A stretch of 64,000 nt of DNA, taken from assembly GCA_963716585.1 (NCBI GenBank), contig CAVQTN010000002.1, forward strand, positions 389,730 through 453,729. The letters are read 5' to 3'. This DNA comes from an uncultured Chloroflexia bacterium. Its GTDB lineage: Bacteria; Chloroflexota; Limnocylindria; QHBO01. Of the stretch, positions 10,075 through 20,787 are shown piece after piece; the first letter of the stretch is position 1; the number at the start of each line of letters is the position of its first letter. Both the position numbers and the translations under genes were made by a program. The notes below the pieces were generated by a model. It had not been told where the DNA came from. It saw only the letters and a program-made list of their open reading frames with translations, and made no database searches.

Positions 10075-10734
10075 CTAGCTCGGCGCCAGCTGCGCGATGT
10101 CGATGACCAGCCGGTTGGGCTCCTCGAGCGTGGTGACGCGCATGCAGGCGCCGGGACCACGAACGCCGACGTACCACGTGCTTACCGCCTCGAAGTCGCC
10201 GCCCTGCTGGACGCTGACAACCTCGGCGAGCCCCGTCGGGGCGAGCGACGTTGGTCCGTCGTAGGAGATCGACCCGTCCGGCAGTTGTTTGGTCGTTCCT
10301 GGCAGCCGGACACGGAAGAAGCTCTCGCCGGGAATCGACAGCTCTCGGCCCGACCCGTCCTGGTAGAACGGTGGCACCCCCCGTTCGATGTCGTACGCGC
10401 CAGCTCCATCGGTCTCGAAGACGATCCTGTCGAACCGGTCATGTCCGCCGATCCGCACGTCGACGAGGCTGATGGGACCTGCGGCGTCCGAGCCCGCCAC
10501 CCGGAACTGCAGCGCGGCGGTGCAGTCGAAGCCGGTCAGGTCGTTCGGGCCGTCCTTGTCGGGTGGCATGGAGGGGACCGACATCGTCGGGTCGCTCGCG
10601 GGCGTCGCCGAGCCGGCGGTCGCTGGCAGCGTGGGGGCTGCGCTGGGGCTGGCGGTCGTGGCCGCGAGCGCGCTGCAGCCGGTAAGGATGAGGTTGACAC
10701 CAAGCAGCCAGGTCAGGGCGAAACGAACGGGCAT
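10075..10734 (-). CDS. secreted lipoprotein of unknown function
   Basis: 219 aa. The signal peptide and lipobox are MPVRFALTWLLGVNLILTGC. The mature sequence is non-repetitive and varied in composition (FDCTAALQFRVAGSDAAGPISLVDVRIGGHDRFDRIVFETDG...). The overlapping plus-strand ORF 9913-10740 is Arg/Gly junk. Confidence 0.65.
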   Translation of the reverse strand: MPVRFALTWLLGVNLILTGCSALAATTASPSAAPTLPATAGSATPASDPTMSVPSMPPDKDGPNDLTGFDCTAALQFRVAGSDAAGPISLVDVRIGGHDRFDRIVFETDGAGAYDIERGVPPFYQDGSGRELSIPGESFFRVRLPGTTKQLPDGSISYDGPTSLAPTGLAEVVSVQQGGDFEAVSTWYVGVRGPGACMRVTTLEEPNRLVIDIAQLAPS

Positions 10735-10873
10735 TGGTAGCGAACTCCGTTGGATGGTGATGCCCTGCGTAGACGCCCTCGCGTTGGTTCTTGTTCCAGA
10801 CCGATGCGTGACGCCCGCGGAGCCTGACTCGTGCCGGAGCCAAACCCGCGGCCGCTGAGTCGCTCGGCGACTG

Positions 10874-11000
10874 AAACGAGTGACACCCGCAGGCTCACCT
10901 GCCGCTCATGCGCCACAGGACTCAGATCAGCGCGATTGAGCGTTACTCGGCTGCAAACCGGTCGGTTTCAGTCGCCTGGCGCGTGAAACGCACGACAGCG
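10874..11000 (+). repeat. 127-nt structured direct repeat, copy 2, in the divergent promoter region between the lipoprotein gene and trpE
   Basis: Same element as 9886-10012 at 85% identity with no gaps. Here the 5' gaaacgagtg can additionally pair with cactcgtttg at 11011-11020. Confidence 0.8.
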
Positions 11001-11381
11001 CGCGCGTCCCACTCGTTTGACTCCCCGCCCAGCTCAAGCTGCGGCGGCGCCAGTTGACGTCACCGGAGCATCGGCCCATGATGCGCGCTCAATCGAACAC
11101 GACAGGCGTTGACCGGGACGATTAGTCGGTTGGCGGGCCCCACGAGCGAGCCGGGAGGGTGGAAGCCGGCGTGGCCCGATCCGATGAACTGGACCCGCGA
11201 GCCTCGCTCCGAACCCGGCGCCAACCACGCTGGCAGTAGGCGGCGACGAACTGACCGGACGTTAGCAGCGGTCGAACCGAGCGCGAGCCCGCAGCAACGG
11301 ACTCGAACCAGGGTGGCACCGCGGAAGAACGCCTCCGTCCCTTTGTATGGATGGAGGCGTTGCGGTACCTGCAAGGATGAA

Positions 11382-12775
11382 ATGACGCTCGCGGACACGA
11401 CACCCGGCATTGCGACCCTGGAGCTGGCGGCCGATACGCTGACGCCGGTCGCTGCCGCACTGCGCCTGGGTGATCGCTGCGCCTTCCTGCTGGAGAGCGT
11501 CGAGGGCGGCGTGCGCTACGGCCGCCACTCGATCGTGGGCGTCCGCGGCAGGACCCTGGTGGTGCGAGGCGAAACGGCCACGATCGACGGCCGGGACTTC
11601 GCCGCCGACGACCCGCTCGAGGCGTTGCGCGCCGTCCTGCCGCGGCAGGCCGCCGGTCGCGGCGACCTGCCGTTTCCGCTGGCATCCGGCGTGGGCTACC
11701 TGGGGTACGAGGCCGCGGCACGCTGGGAGCGCGTCCCGACGCCGTCCGCCGATCCGCTGGGCATGCCGGACGCCGTGCTGCACATTCCGGAGGCGGTGAT
11801 CATCTTCGACCACCTCGCACAGGTGATGCGCCTGGCTGCACTGGAAACGCCGCACGTGGCCATACGGCTCCAGGACCTCGCCGAGACACTGGGCCGGCCG
11901 AGCCCCGACGAGGCGCCGCGGCCAATGCCGCCATTGGCCGGCGAGGCGCCGCCGGACGATGCGGCGGCACGGGAGCGCTACGAACGCAACGTTGGGCAGC
12001 TGGTCGAGGAGATCCATGCCGGCGAGATGCTTCAGGCGGTCCTGGCTCGACGCTTCAGCATTCCGACGCAGCGCGGTGCCTTCGACATCTACCGCTCGCT
12101 GCGCCGCATCAACCCGTCGCCCTACCTCTTCTACCTCGACCTGTCGGACGTGGCGCCCCGTACGGCGCTGATCGGGGCCTCACCCGAGCTCCTCGTCCGG
12201 GTGCGCGACGGCGAAGTGGTGACCCGACCAATCGCCGGCACCCGGCCGCGCGCCGAGGATCCGAGCGAGGACGCCCGCCTGGAACGTGAGCTGCAGCACG
12301 ACCCGAAGGAGCTCGCCGAGCACGCCATGCTGGTCGACCTTGCCCGCAACGACGTCGGCCGCGTGTCGGTGGCGGCTTCGGTCGAAGTGCCGACGCTGCG
12401 CGCCGTCGAGCGCTACTCGCACGTCATGCACCTCGTCTCCGAGGTGCGCGGTCGGCTCCGGCCGGAGCTGGACGCCTTCGACGCGCTCCGGGCCGCCTTT
12501 CCCGCCGGCACGGTCAGCGGCGCGCCCAAGGTGCGCGCCATGCAGGCCATCGCCGACCTCGAGGGCGAGAAGCGCGGCCCGTACGGCGGCGCCATCGGCT
12601 TCTTCTCGTCGACCGACATCGAGGCGGCGATCACCATCCGCAGCGTCCTGCTGCGAGACGGCATGGCCCACGTGCAGGCCGGCGCCGGCATCGTCGCCGA
12701 CTCGGCGCCGCGCCGCGAGAGCGCCGAGGTGGCGGCCAAGGCCCAGGCAACCCTCGTGGCGGTCGGAGGAGGGGC

Positions 12776-12779
<4 letters not shown>
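11382..12779 (+). CDS. trpE: anthranilate synthase component I
   Basis: TrpE/chorismate-binding motifs are present (LLESVEGGVRYGRHSIVGV, GYLGYEAAARWE, FPAGTVSGAPKVRAMQAIADLEGEKRGPYGGAIGF). The start was set at ATG 11382 (MTLADTTPG). The 5' extension of the track ORF from 11109 lies over the repeat and was rejected. Confidence 0.85.
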
Positions 12780-13552
<773 letters not shown>

Positions 13553-13555
<3 letters not shown>

Positions 13556-14427
13556 TCCGCGATCCAGGTCCCGCGCCGTTGGCGTCGCGTTTCTTCCGCC
13601 CGTCGCCTTCCGTCGTCTCGGTTGGGCCGACCTCGTTCGGCGGCGGCGGACCGGTACTGGCCGCAGGCCCATGCGCCGTCGAGTCGCGGGAGCAGCTGCT
13701 GGCGGTTGCCTCGGCCGCTGCCTCGGTCGGGGCCGGGCTGCTGCGGGGCGGCGCCTTCAAGCCCCGCACCTCGCCATACGCGTTCCAGGGGCTGGGACCG
13801 GAGGGCCTCCGCCTACTGGCCGAGGCGCGCGCCGAGACGGGGCTGCCGGTCGCCACCGAGGTCCTGGCGCCGGAGCAGGTCGAGCTGGTGGCCGAGTACG
13901 CCGACATGCTGCAGGTCGGCGCGCGAAACATGCAGAACTTCTCGTTGCTCGCCGCCGTTGGAGCGGCCCGCAAGCCGGTGCTGCTGAAGCGCGGTCTTGG
14001 CGCAACGCTCGACGAGTGGCTGCTGGCGGCGGAGTACCTGATCGCCACCGGCGCCTCAGGCGTCGTGCTGTGCGAGCGCGGCCTGCGTCATTTCGACCCG
14101 CACACGCGCAACATCCTGGATCTCGCTGGTGCGGTGGCCGTGGGCTCCATGACGCACCTGCCGGTCATCGCCGATCCGTCGCACGCGACCGGCCGCCGCG
14201 ACCTCGTGATTCCGATGGCGCTGGCAGCGCTGGCTGCCGGCCTGAAAGGGGTCATCATCGAGGTCCACCCCGATCCGGACCGCGCGCTCTCCGACGGCCC
14301 CCAATCTCTCGACCTGGACGGTCTGCGCGAGTTGGCGGCGCGCATCGCCGGGTTGGGAATCAGGCTCGCCCAGCCCTCAAGACAGCCGCGCGCGACCACC
14401 GTCGAGGGCTGGGCCGGCTGGCGTTGA
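13553..14427 (+). CDS. 3-deoxy-7-phosphoheptulonate (DAHP) synthase, class I-beta, paralog 1
   Basis: DAHPS/KDO8PS-like motifs are present ([59 protein letters not shown]). The start is uncertain, a possible TTG near 13553. It overlaps the RES toxin gene convergently by about 50 nt. Confidence 0.75.
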
Positions 14428-14928
14428 GCGTCCTTCCAGCGGCTCGGGATGCTGCTCGCGCGATCCGACCGGCATGACCGCCTGAAAACCCCCGCGGAAG
14501 ACCACGAGCGACCAGTGGCCGCGGTGCGCGGCCGACGGAGCAACGATACCCAGCGCTCCCATGCGCCGTGCGCGTCGGCCAAGCTGTTGGGCACGTTCTC
14601 GCGGTCCCGTCAACTCCTCCTCGCTGACGCCCATTGCCTCGCGCACGTCGGGAACCCGCAGGTCGAGCACCGGGAGATCGTTGACGTCGAGCTCCCACAG
14701 GCATCGCGTCTCGTCCTCTGGACGGATTGCGCCGCGCGTCACAACGCTCCACTCGGCCCAAACGGTCGGCGCGTCGAGTGCTGCGTAGAGCGGCCACGAC
14801 TCGCCGGCGCGGTGGTATCGGGCCGATGCTGACGCCGGCCGGTCAGGCGGAAAGGCCGGGATGTCGACGCCGGTCTGGCGGTAGACGCGCCCAGAAAATC
14901 GGCTCAGGAGGTCGCTCGGCGGCCGCAC
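14377..14928 (-). CDS. RES-domain toxin (MbcT/ParT-like putative NAD+-targeting toxin)
   Basis: 183 aa. RES-domain signatures are present (RYHRAGESWPLYAALDAPTVWAEW ... LDLRVPDVREAMGV ... GALGIVAPSAAHRGHWSLVVF). It lies immediately downstream of the cognate Xre-like antitoxin gene. Confidence 0.7.
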   Translation of the reverse strand: MRPPSDLLSRFSGRVYRQTGVDIPAFPPDRPASASARYHRAGESWPLYAALDAPTVWAEWSVVTRGAIRPEDETRCLWELDVNDLPVLDLRVPDVREAMGVSEEELTGPRERAQQLGRRARRMGALGIVAPSAAHRGHWSLVVFRGGFQAVMPVGSREQHPEPLEGRSTPAGPALDGGRARLS

Positions 14929-14936
14929 CGGACGCG

Positions 14937-15263
14937 TCAGGCGAAGTCTCCGACGATGTACGACTCGGCAGCAGCGCGCACGCGCTCGAAGTCGCCCGCC
15001 GCCAGTCGGTCGATCGGCCGCTTCCAGCCGACGAACGCGCTGGGCGCCTCGAGCCAGGCCTGCTTGGCTTGTGGCGTCATGCCACGGCCGAGGGTGTCGA
15101 GCACCGCCTGGAGCTCGTGCATGCGCTCACGGTAGCGCCGCTGGGGGGACTGGCCGGCTCGCCAGCGCTCGGCGGTCCGCACGTCGGCGCCGGTCGCACG
15201 CGCGATGACCCGCGCCGGGAAGAGGCGGGCAAGGGGCAGCGGGCCCAATGTTGAGGCAACCAT
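14937..15263 (-). CDS. Xre-like antitoxin with a DUF2384 (MbcA/ParS-type) toxin-binding domain
   Basis: 108 aa. The C-terminus matches DUF2384 (TPQAKQAWLEAPSAFVGWKRPIDRLAAGDFERVRAAAESYIVGDFA). Its stop is 9 nt from the RES gene start. Confidence 0.65.
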   Translation of the reverse strand: MVASTLGPLPLARLFPARVIARATGADVRTAERWRAGQSPQRRYRERMHELQAVLDTLGRGMTPQAKQAWLEAPSAFVGWKRPIDRLAAGDFERVRAAAESYIVGDFA

Positions 15264-15419
15264 CGTGTGGCCATGCTAATGCCGGCCGAATTGCCGGTCA
15301 AGATGACGCGGGTGGGTCGTCCAGGGGTTGAGCTTGCAACATGTGGCTGTATCCGCCATCGATCCAGCCACGGAGCCGCTTCAAGGGCAGTCCGCTGGCC
15401 GCGAGCGATGGATAACCGC

Positions 15420-15453
15420 AAAACCGGCCATCGGGGGGTCGCCCGATGGCCGT
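15420..15453 (-). terminator. intrinsic terminator downstream of aroQ, the end of the shikimate operon
   Basis: There is an 11-bp perfect stem cggccatcggg / cccgatggccg (15426-15453) with a 6-nt loop. On the minus-strand transcript it is followed by GUUUUG (plus-strand aaaac at 15421-15425). Confidence 0.6.
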
Positions 15454-15496
15454 TAGCGCCAGATGCTGCAAACGGCGATCGCCAAGGGAGCACCCG

Positions 15497-15913
15497 CTAG
15501 AGGCGAGCGATAAGCAGATCCAGCGCCTCGAGGTAGCCTCGCCAGCCGTGACCCGCGACCTGCGCAACACAGGCCGGCGCGGTCACCGATACCCGCCGCC
15601 ACGGCTCGCGCGCCGACGTGTCGCTGATGTGCACCTCGACCACCGGCCGCCCACACGCCACCAGTGCGTCGTGGAGCGCGTGGCTGGTGTGCGCCAGCGC
15701 CCCCGGATTGATGATCACCGCGTCGTAGTCAACCTGTTCCAGCCGGTCGATCAGCGCCCCCTCGTGGTTCGACTGCAGGTGCAGCACCTCGTGCTCGCCC
15801 GCCCGCTCCCGCAGCGCGGCGACGATCTCGTCGAGCGTCGTGGTGCCGTAGATCTCCGGCTGCCGGCGCCCCAGGATGCCCAGGTTCGGCCCGTTCAGGA
15901 CGAGGATCCTCAC
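15497..15913 (-). CDS. aroQ: 3-dehydroquinate dehydratase, type II
   Basis: 138 aa (MRILVLNGPNLGILGRRQPEIYG...HLQSNHEGALID...IINPGALAHTSHAL). Confidence 0.9.
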   Translation of the reverse strand: MRILVLNGPNLGILGRRQPEIYGTTTLDEIVAALRERAGEHEVLHLQSNHEGALIDRLEQVDYDAVIINPGALAHTSHALHDALVACGRPVVEVHISDTSAREPWRRVSVTAPACVAQVAGHGWRGYLEALDLLIARL

Positions 15914-17447
15914 GGTCCGATGCGCCGCATGGCGGCCTCCAGCTCCGCGTCGGACACGTCGTCCACCTCCTCCACCTGGCCGATGCTCATCGGCAGCAGC
16001 CAGCGCTGTCGCCCTTCCGACCGCTTCTTATCGGTCTCCAGCGACGAACGAACGACCGATGCGTCGAAGTCGCGCTGCAGGTTGAGGCCGAGGCCGATGA
16101 GCAGGTGGTCCAGGCGCTCGGGCAGCCCCGCATCGGCACCCCGGGCAACCGCCATGGCCGTGACCGCTCGCAGGCCGAGGGCGACCGCCGCACCGTGGGA
16201 CAGGCGGTAGCGGCTCTCGACCTCCAGCGCGTGACCGAGCGTGTGGCCGAGGTTCAGCTGACGGCGCTCGCCGTCCTCGAACGGGTCGCGCTGCACGATG
16301 TCGAGCTTCACCCGCGCCGCGCGCTCGGTGATCGCGTAGCGCGCCTCCTCGTCGCCGCCCAGCGCCGCATTGCCCCGCTGCTCGAGGAGCTCCCACAGCA
16401 CCGGGTCGCCGATCATCGCCGCCTTGATCGCCTCGGCCAGCCCGTCGCGCAGCTGGTCGCGCGACAGCGTGCGCAGCGCCTGAATGTCCGCCACGACCGC
16501 GACAGGCGGCCAGAAGGCACCGACCGCGTTCTTGGCACCGGTCAGATCGACCGCCACCTTGCCGCCAAGCGCCGCATCGGCCTGTGCCAGCCAGGTCGTC
16601 GGCAGGTTGACCCACGGCGCGCCGCGGGCGAACAGCGCCGCGGCCAGCCCGACCACGTCGCCGGTGGTGCCGCCGCCAACCGCGACCAGTGGATCGCCGC
16701 GCTCGTGGCGCACCTCGCTGAGCCAGTCGAGGATCCGTTCCAGGTTGCGCAGCCGCTTCGAGCGTTCACCGGCGGCGATCTCCAGGCGACGTCCGGGCGG
16801 CGCCAGGTTCGCCACCCGCCGATCGACGATCACCGACGGCGTGCCCTCCAGCTCGGGAAGCGGTGGCGCCACGCCATAGATCACGCGGGCGGTCGCGGGA
16901 CCCATCGGATGGTGGCGCGCGACCTCGGCGTCGAACAGGCGACGGCCGGCCGGCGCGGGCTGCGCCAGGAGATCGCAGATGCGGTCGAGCGCATTCGGCT
17001 CGGATGTGTCGAGGTGCACGTCCGCCGCTCGATAGAACGGCGCTCGCCGTTCGGCCAGGCGCTGCAGGCCTGCCGACGCGTCGTCGCCGAGCATCGGACG
17101 AGGCTCGCTACCGGCGATCCGCTGAGCGAGCATCTCGAGCGGCGCGTCGAGCCACACCACGCGGCCGTAATGCCACAGCCGCCAGCGATTGATCGGATCC
17201 TCGATCGCGCCGCCGCCGGTGGCCACCACGGCGCCCGCCGGCAGATCGGCCACGACCGCGGCTTCGTGCGCGCGGAACGCCGCCTCGCCATCCGTCGCGG
17301 ATCAGCTCGGCCGGCGTGCCGCCCGGTGCGCTGCCGAACAAGCTCATCGGTGTCGGCCAGTGGTCGGCCAAGGCGCGCCGCCAGGTCGCGAGCGAGCGTC
17401 GTCTTGCCGCTGCCGGACAGGCCGACCAGCACGACACCTTCAGCCAT
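15910..17447 (-). CDS. aroB: shikimate kinase fused in frame to 3-dehydroquinate synthase (AroK-AroB); the kinase N-terminal region is interrupted by two 1-nt frame breaks near 17318 and 17296
   Basis: The DHQS portion reads PLVAVGGGTTGDVVGLAAALFARGAPWVNLPTTWLAQADAALGGKVAVD and NLGHTLGHALE. The ORF opens inside the kinase C-terminal half (AVVADLPAGAVVATGGGAIEDP...VVWLDAPLEMLAQRI) with no stop before the DHQS domain. The kinase P-loop half (MAEGVVLVGLSGSGKTTLARDLAARLGRPLADTDELVRQRTG) is in the track ORF 16881-17852. Linking the pieces needs the path frame1, then GTPAELIR, then DGEAAFRAHEAAVVADL. Confidence 0.7.
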
Positions 17448-18192
17448 GCGCCAGCTCCGCCTGCAGCGCGGAGCGCATCGGTCCCATGGGGGCTTCACGG
17501 CCGGTCCACAGCGTGAAGCTGAGCGCCGCCTGTCGAAGCAGGACACCGCCGCCGTCGGTTGCCCGCGCGCCGACATTGCGTGCCTCGCGCACCAGGCGCG
17601 TCGGGCTCGGTCGATACACCAGGTCGAGCACCGCCAGGTCGGGTCGCAGAAGGCCTGCAGGGACCGGCGAGGTATCCGACCCGGTGCCGATCGGGGTGGC
17701 GTTGACGAGCAGATCCGCGTCGCGCAGCGCGTCGCGCAGCTCAGCCCACTGCGCACGCGTGACGACGGTGGCCGATGCGCCGGCGTCGGCCAGGGCAACC
17801 ACGATGGCGCGCGAGGCGCCGCCTGCCCCCAGGACGACGGCGCGTCGAGCATCCGGCGCGAGGGCGGCCAGCTCGGCGGCGATGGCGGGGAGGTCCGTGT
17901 TGTGGCCGATCAGGCGGCCCTCGTCGGGAACGATGGTGTTGAGTGCGCCGGCACGCTCGGCATCGGCTGCCAGCTCATCGACCAGCGCCATGGCCGCGAC
18001 CTTGTGCGGCTGGGTCACGTTGGCACCCGCCTCGTTGCGGAGTCCGTTGACTGCCGCGGGAAGGGCCTCGGACGGCACGTCGGCGAGCTCGTAGCGCAGG
18101 GCGAGCCGAAACGCCTCGAACGCCGCGTTCTGGATGGCCGGCGACGCCGAGTAGCCGATGTGCTGGCCGAGCAGCAACACGCGGCCGCTCAC
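17440..18192 (-). CDS. aroE: shikimate dehydrogenase
   Basis: 250 aa (LLGQHIGYSASPAIQNAAF...VTQPHKVAAMALVDEL...NTIV...VLGAGGASRAIVVAL...LLVNATPIG). Its stop overlaps the aroK start (ATGGCTGA). Confidence 0.85.
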   Translation of the reverse strand: MSGRVLLLGQHIGYSASPAIQNAAFEAFRLALRYELADVPSEALPAAVNGLRNEAGANVTQPHKVAAMALVDELAADAERAGALNTIVPDEGRLIGHNTDLPAIAAELAALAPDARRAVVLGAGGASRAIVVALADAGASATVVTRAQWAELRDALRDADLLVNATPIGTGSDTSPVPAGLLRPDLAVLDLVYRPSPTRLVREARNVGARATDGGGVLLRQAALSFTLWTGREAPMGPMRSALQAELAHG

Positions 18193-19388
18193 GCCCTGCC
18201 CTGGGGGCCGCCTGAGCGGCGACGGCGACGCGCCACCGCCGCCCGCACGTCGCCCAACGTGTCGCCGCCGAACGTGGCGAGCAGCTCGTCCGCCAGGATG
18301 AGCGCCACCATCGACTCACCCACGATCGCGGCGCGCGGCAGGATCGCCACGTCCGAGCGCTCGATGTGCGCCCGCTCCAGCGCCCCGCTGACCAGGTCGA
18401 CGCTGGGCAGCGAGCGCCGCAACGTGGCGACCGGCTTCACAGCCGCACGCACCACGACCGGGGCGCCGTTGCTCATGCCGCCCTCGATCCCACCTGCGTT
18501 GTTCGTGCGTCGCCGCCAGCCAGGACCGCCGGGCAGGACGACGTCGTGCACCTCGCTGCCCCGCCGCTCCACCACGCCGAAGCCGAGTCCGATCTCGACG
18601 CCCTTGACCGCAGGGATGGCCATCACCGCGGCGGCCAGCGCACCATCCAACCGCGTGTCCCACTCCGCGTCCGAGCCCAGCCCAATCGGCAGCCCATCCA
18701 CGACGACGACGAACGAGCCGCCGATCGAGTCGCCGGCCTCCTTGACCGCCTCGATCTCGTCCAGCATGCGGCCCTCGGCCTCCGGATCCGGGCAGCGCAG
18801 CGGGCTCGGCGCGCGCAGGTCATCGCGCCACCAGCCTTCGGGTACGCATTCGAGCGCCGTCGCGGCATCCGGGAAGGCACGCACCGAACCCAGCTGGTCG
18901 ACGAAGCTCCAGACCCGGACGCCGACCAGACGAAGCAGCTGCCGTGCGACCGCGCCCGCCACCGCACGCGCAGCCGTCGAGCGAGCTGATGCGCGCTCGA
19001 GCACGTCGCGCATGTCATCGGTGTCGTACTTGATAGCGCCGGCGAGATCGGCGTGACCGGGACGAGCACGGGTGATCGGCTTCGGCCGCCGCTCCGCCGG
19101 CACCACCTCGACCGCCATGCGATCGGTCCAGTTCTGCCAGTCGCGGTTCTCGACCATGAAGCCCAGCGGCGAGCCGAGCGTGTGGCCATAGCGCAGCCCC
19201 GCCATCCACTGCACGCGGTCGCGCTCGATCTGCATCCGCCGCCCGCTGCCGTAACCGTGCTGGCGCCGCTGGAGGTCGCGGTTGACGCCGGCGGTCGAGA
19301 TGCGCAACCCGGCGGGCAATCCTTCGAGCACGCCGACGAGTCCCGGGCCGTGTGATTCTCCCGCGGTCAGCAGTCGCAGCCGCCTCAC
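18189..19388 (-). CDS. aroC: chorismate synthase
   Basis: 399 aa (MRRLRLLTAGESHGPGLVGVLEGLPAGL...GRRMQIERDRVQWMAGLRYG...). Its stop overlaps the GTG start of aroE (GTGA). Confidence 0.9.
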   Translation of the reverse strand: MRRLRLLTAGESHGPGLVGVLEGLPAGLRISTAGVNRDLQRRQHGYGSGRRMQIERDRVQWMAGLRYGHTLGSPLGFMVENRDWQNWTDRMAVEVVPAERRPKPITRARPGHADLAGAIKYDTDDMRDVLERASARSTAARAVAGAVARQLLRLVGVRVWSFVDQLGSVRAFPDAATALECVPEGWWRDDLRAPSPLRCPDPEAEGRMLDEIEAVKEAGDSIGGSFVVVVDGLPIGLGSDAEWDTRLDGALAAAVMAIPAVKGVEIGLGFGVVERRGSEVHDVVLPGGPGWRRRTNNAGGIEGGMSNGAPVVVRAAVKPVATLRRSLPSVDLVSGALERAHIERSDVAILPRAAIVGESMVALILADELLATFGGDTLGDVRAAVARRRRRSGGPQGRA

Positions 19389-20699
19389 GCCGGCACCGCC
19401 GCCAGTGTTTCGAGATCGTCCCAGAAGGACGGATAGGAGACCGATGCGCTCTCCGCGTCATCAATCCGCACTGTTCCTCCGACACCGGTGAGCGCCGCGA
19501 TCGCGAAGGCGATCGCAATCCGGTGGTCGTGGTCCGTGGCAATGTCGGCGTCGCGCGACGTCCCACGCGACACCCGCCAACCATCCGGTCGCTCCTCAAC
19601 CGTGGCGCCGACGCGCGACAGGCCGGCGACGACCGCCGAGATGCGATCCGTTTCCTTGACCCGCAGCTCGCGCGCGTCGCGCAGCTCGGACTCGCCCTCG
19701 GCGGCGGCCATGGCGACCGCCAGCAACGGCAGCTCGTCGATGAGCGGCCGGGACCTCGTCACCAGCCAGGCTGACCGCCTCGAGCCGTGGCGCGCTGCGC
19801 ACCACGAGATCGCCCACGCGCTCGGGGCCGTCGTCCCGCTCCTCGCACACCACGACGTCGGCGCCCATACGCCGCAGGACGTCCACGTACCTCAGGCGCG
19901 TCCGGTTGAGGCAGACGTCGACCAGCCGCAGCTCCGCGTCCGGGTGAAGCGTCGCGGCGACGACCCAGGCGGCGGCGCTCGACGGGTCGCCGGCAACGTC
20001 CAGGCTGAAGGCTCGGGGGCGTGCCGGGCCGTGGACCGTTGTCACACGCTCGTCGCGGCGGATGCCCACGCCCAGCCAGGCAAGCAGCCGCTCGGTGTGG
20101 TCGCGCGTCGGTCCGGGCAGCTCGATGGTCGTTTCGCCCTCGGCGCCCAGCGCGGCGAGGCAGATCGCCCCGAGCACCTGCGCGCTGGCAATCTCGAGCC
20201 GATGCTGCGTCGCCCGCAGCCCTGCCGGCACGACGCGGATAGGTGCGTGACCGTCGGTCGTCGTCACGTCGGCGCCCATGGCTCGCAGCGGCGCTGCAAT
20301 GCGCTCCATCGGCCGTCGCCGCAGCGAGCCGTCGCCATCGAGCACCGCGGCGATGCCGTGCCCGGCCAGGAGCCCGGCCAACAGCCGCATGGTCGTACCC
20401 GAGTTGCCGCAATCGAGCGGAGCGCCGGTTTCGAGCGTCGCCAGGCAGCGCCGCGTGCTCTCGATGTCGGCGCCGGCGCCGTGGATTCGCACCTGCGACT
20501 CGCCGTCGGCGATGGCCGCAGCCATCAACGCCCGATGCCCGATCGACTTGTCCGACGGCACGCGGATCACCCCGCGCAGCGCCGGAGCCCGGCTCACCAC
20601 GCGCTTCACCGCCAGATACCCGCGGCATGGGTGAACGGCGACGGGAGCACCCGCAATCGTGCCAATCCACTCAGCAGGCGGGTCGTTCCCGCTCGACAT
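19385..20699 (-). CDS. aroA: 3-phosphoshikimate 1-carboxyvinyltransferase (EPSP synthase, class II-like); 1-nt frame break near 19757
   Basis: The N-terminal two-thirds are in ORF 19596-20699 (VPSDKSIGHRALMAAAIADGES, TRDHTERLLAWLGVGIR). The C-terminal third is in ORF 19385-19762 (LIDELPLLAVAMAAAEGESELRDARELRVKETDRISAV). Skipping one G in the cccggccg run gives the expected ...GDEVPPLIDELP... Confidence 0.75.
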
Positions 20700-20787
20700 G
20701 GCGGGTCGCAGCCGTCATCGGCCGCCAGCCACCCATCAGCAGGGTAACTGGCGGAAGCCGCGACCCCGGCGGCCATGCTCGAAGACA

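Noticed and set aside
9913-10740. 275-aa plus-strand ORF
   Set aside because: It is a poor, Arg-rich sequence. The opposite-strand lipoprotein has a convincing signal peptide, a lipobox and a non-repetitive, compositionally varied mature region.
11109-11381. N-terminal extension of trpE (track ORF start at 11109)
   Set aside because: The extension is translated across the non-coding repeat copy 2 and gives a junk sequence. Conserved TrpE begins at MTLADTTPG.
11040-11381. Classical trp leader peptide with tandem Trp codons upstream of trpE
   Set aside because: Only isolated TGG codons are present. The small upstream ORFs encode no Trp run.
13622-14477. ORFs 13622-13987 and 13671-14477 (plus) and 13212-14048 (minus)
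   Set aside because: They are alternative-frame or antisense shadows of the DAHP synthase gene, with an Arg/Ala/Gly-rich composition.
16105-19056. 983-aa plus-strand ORF
   Set aside because: It is antisense to aroB, aroE and aroC, with a junk composition.
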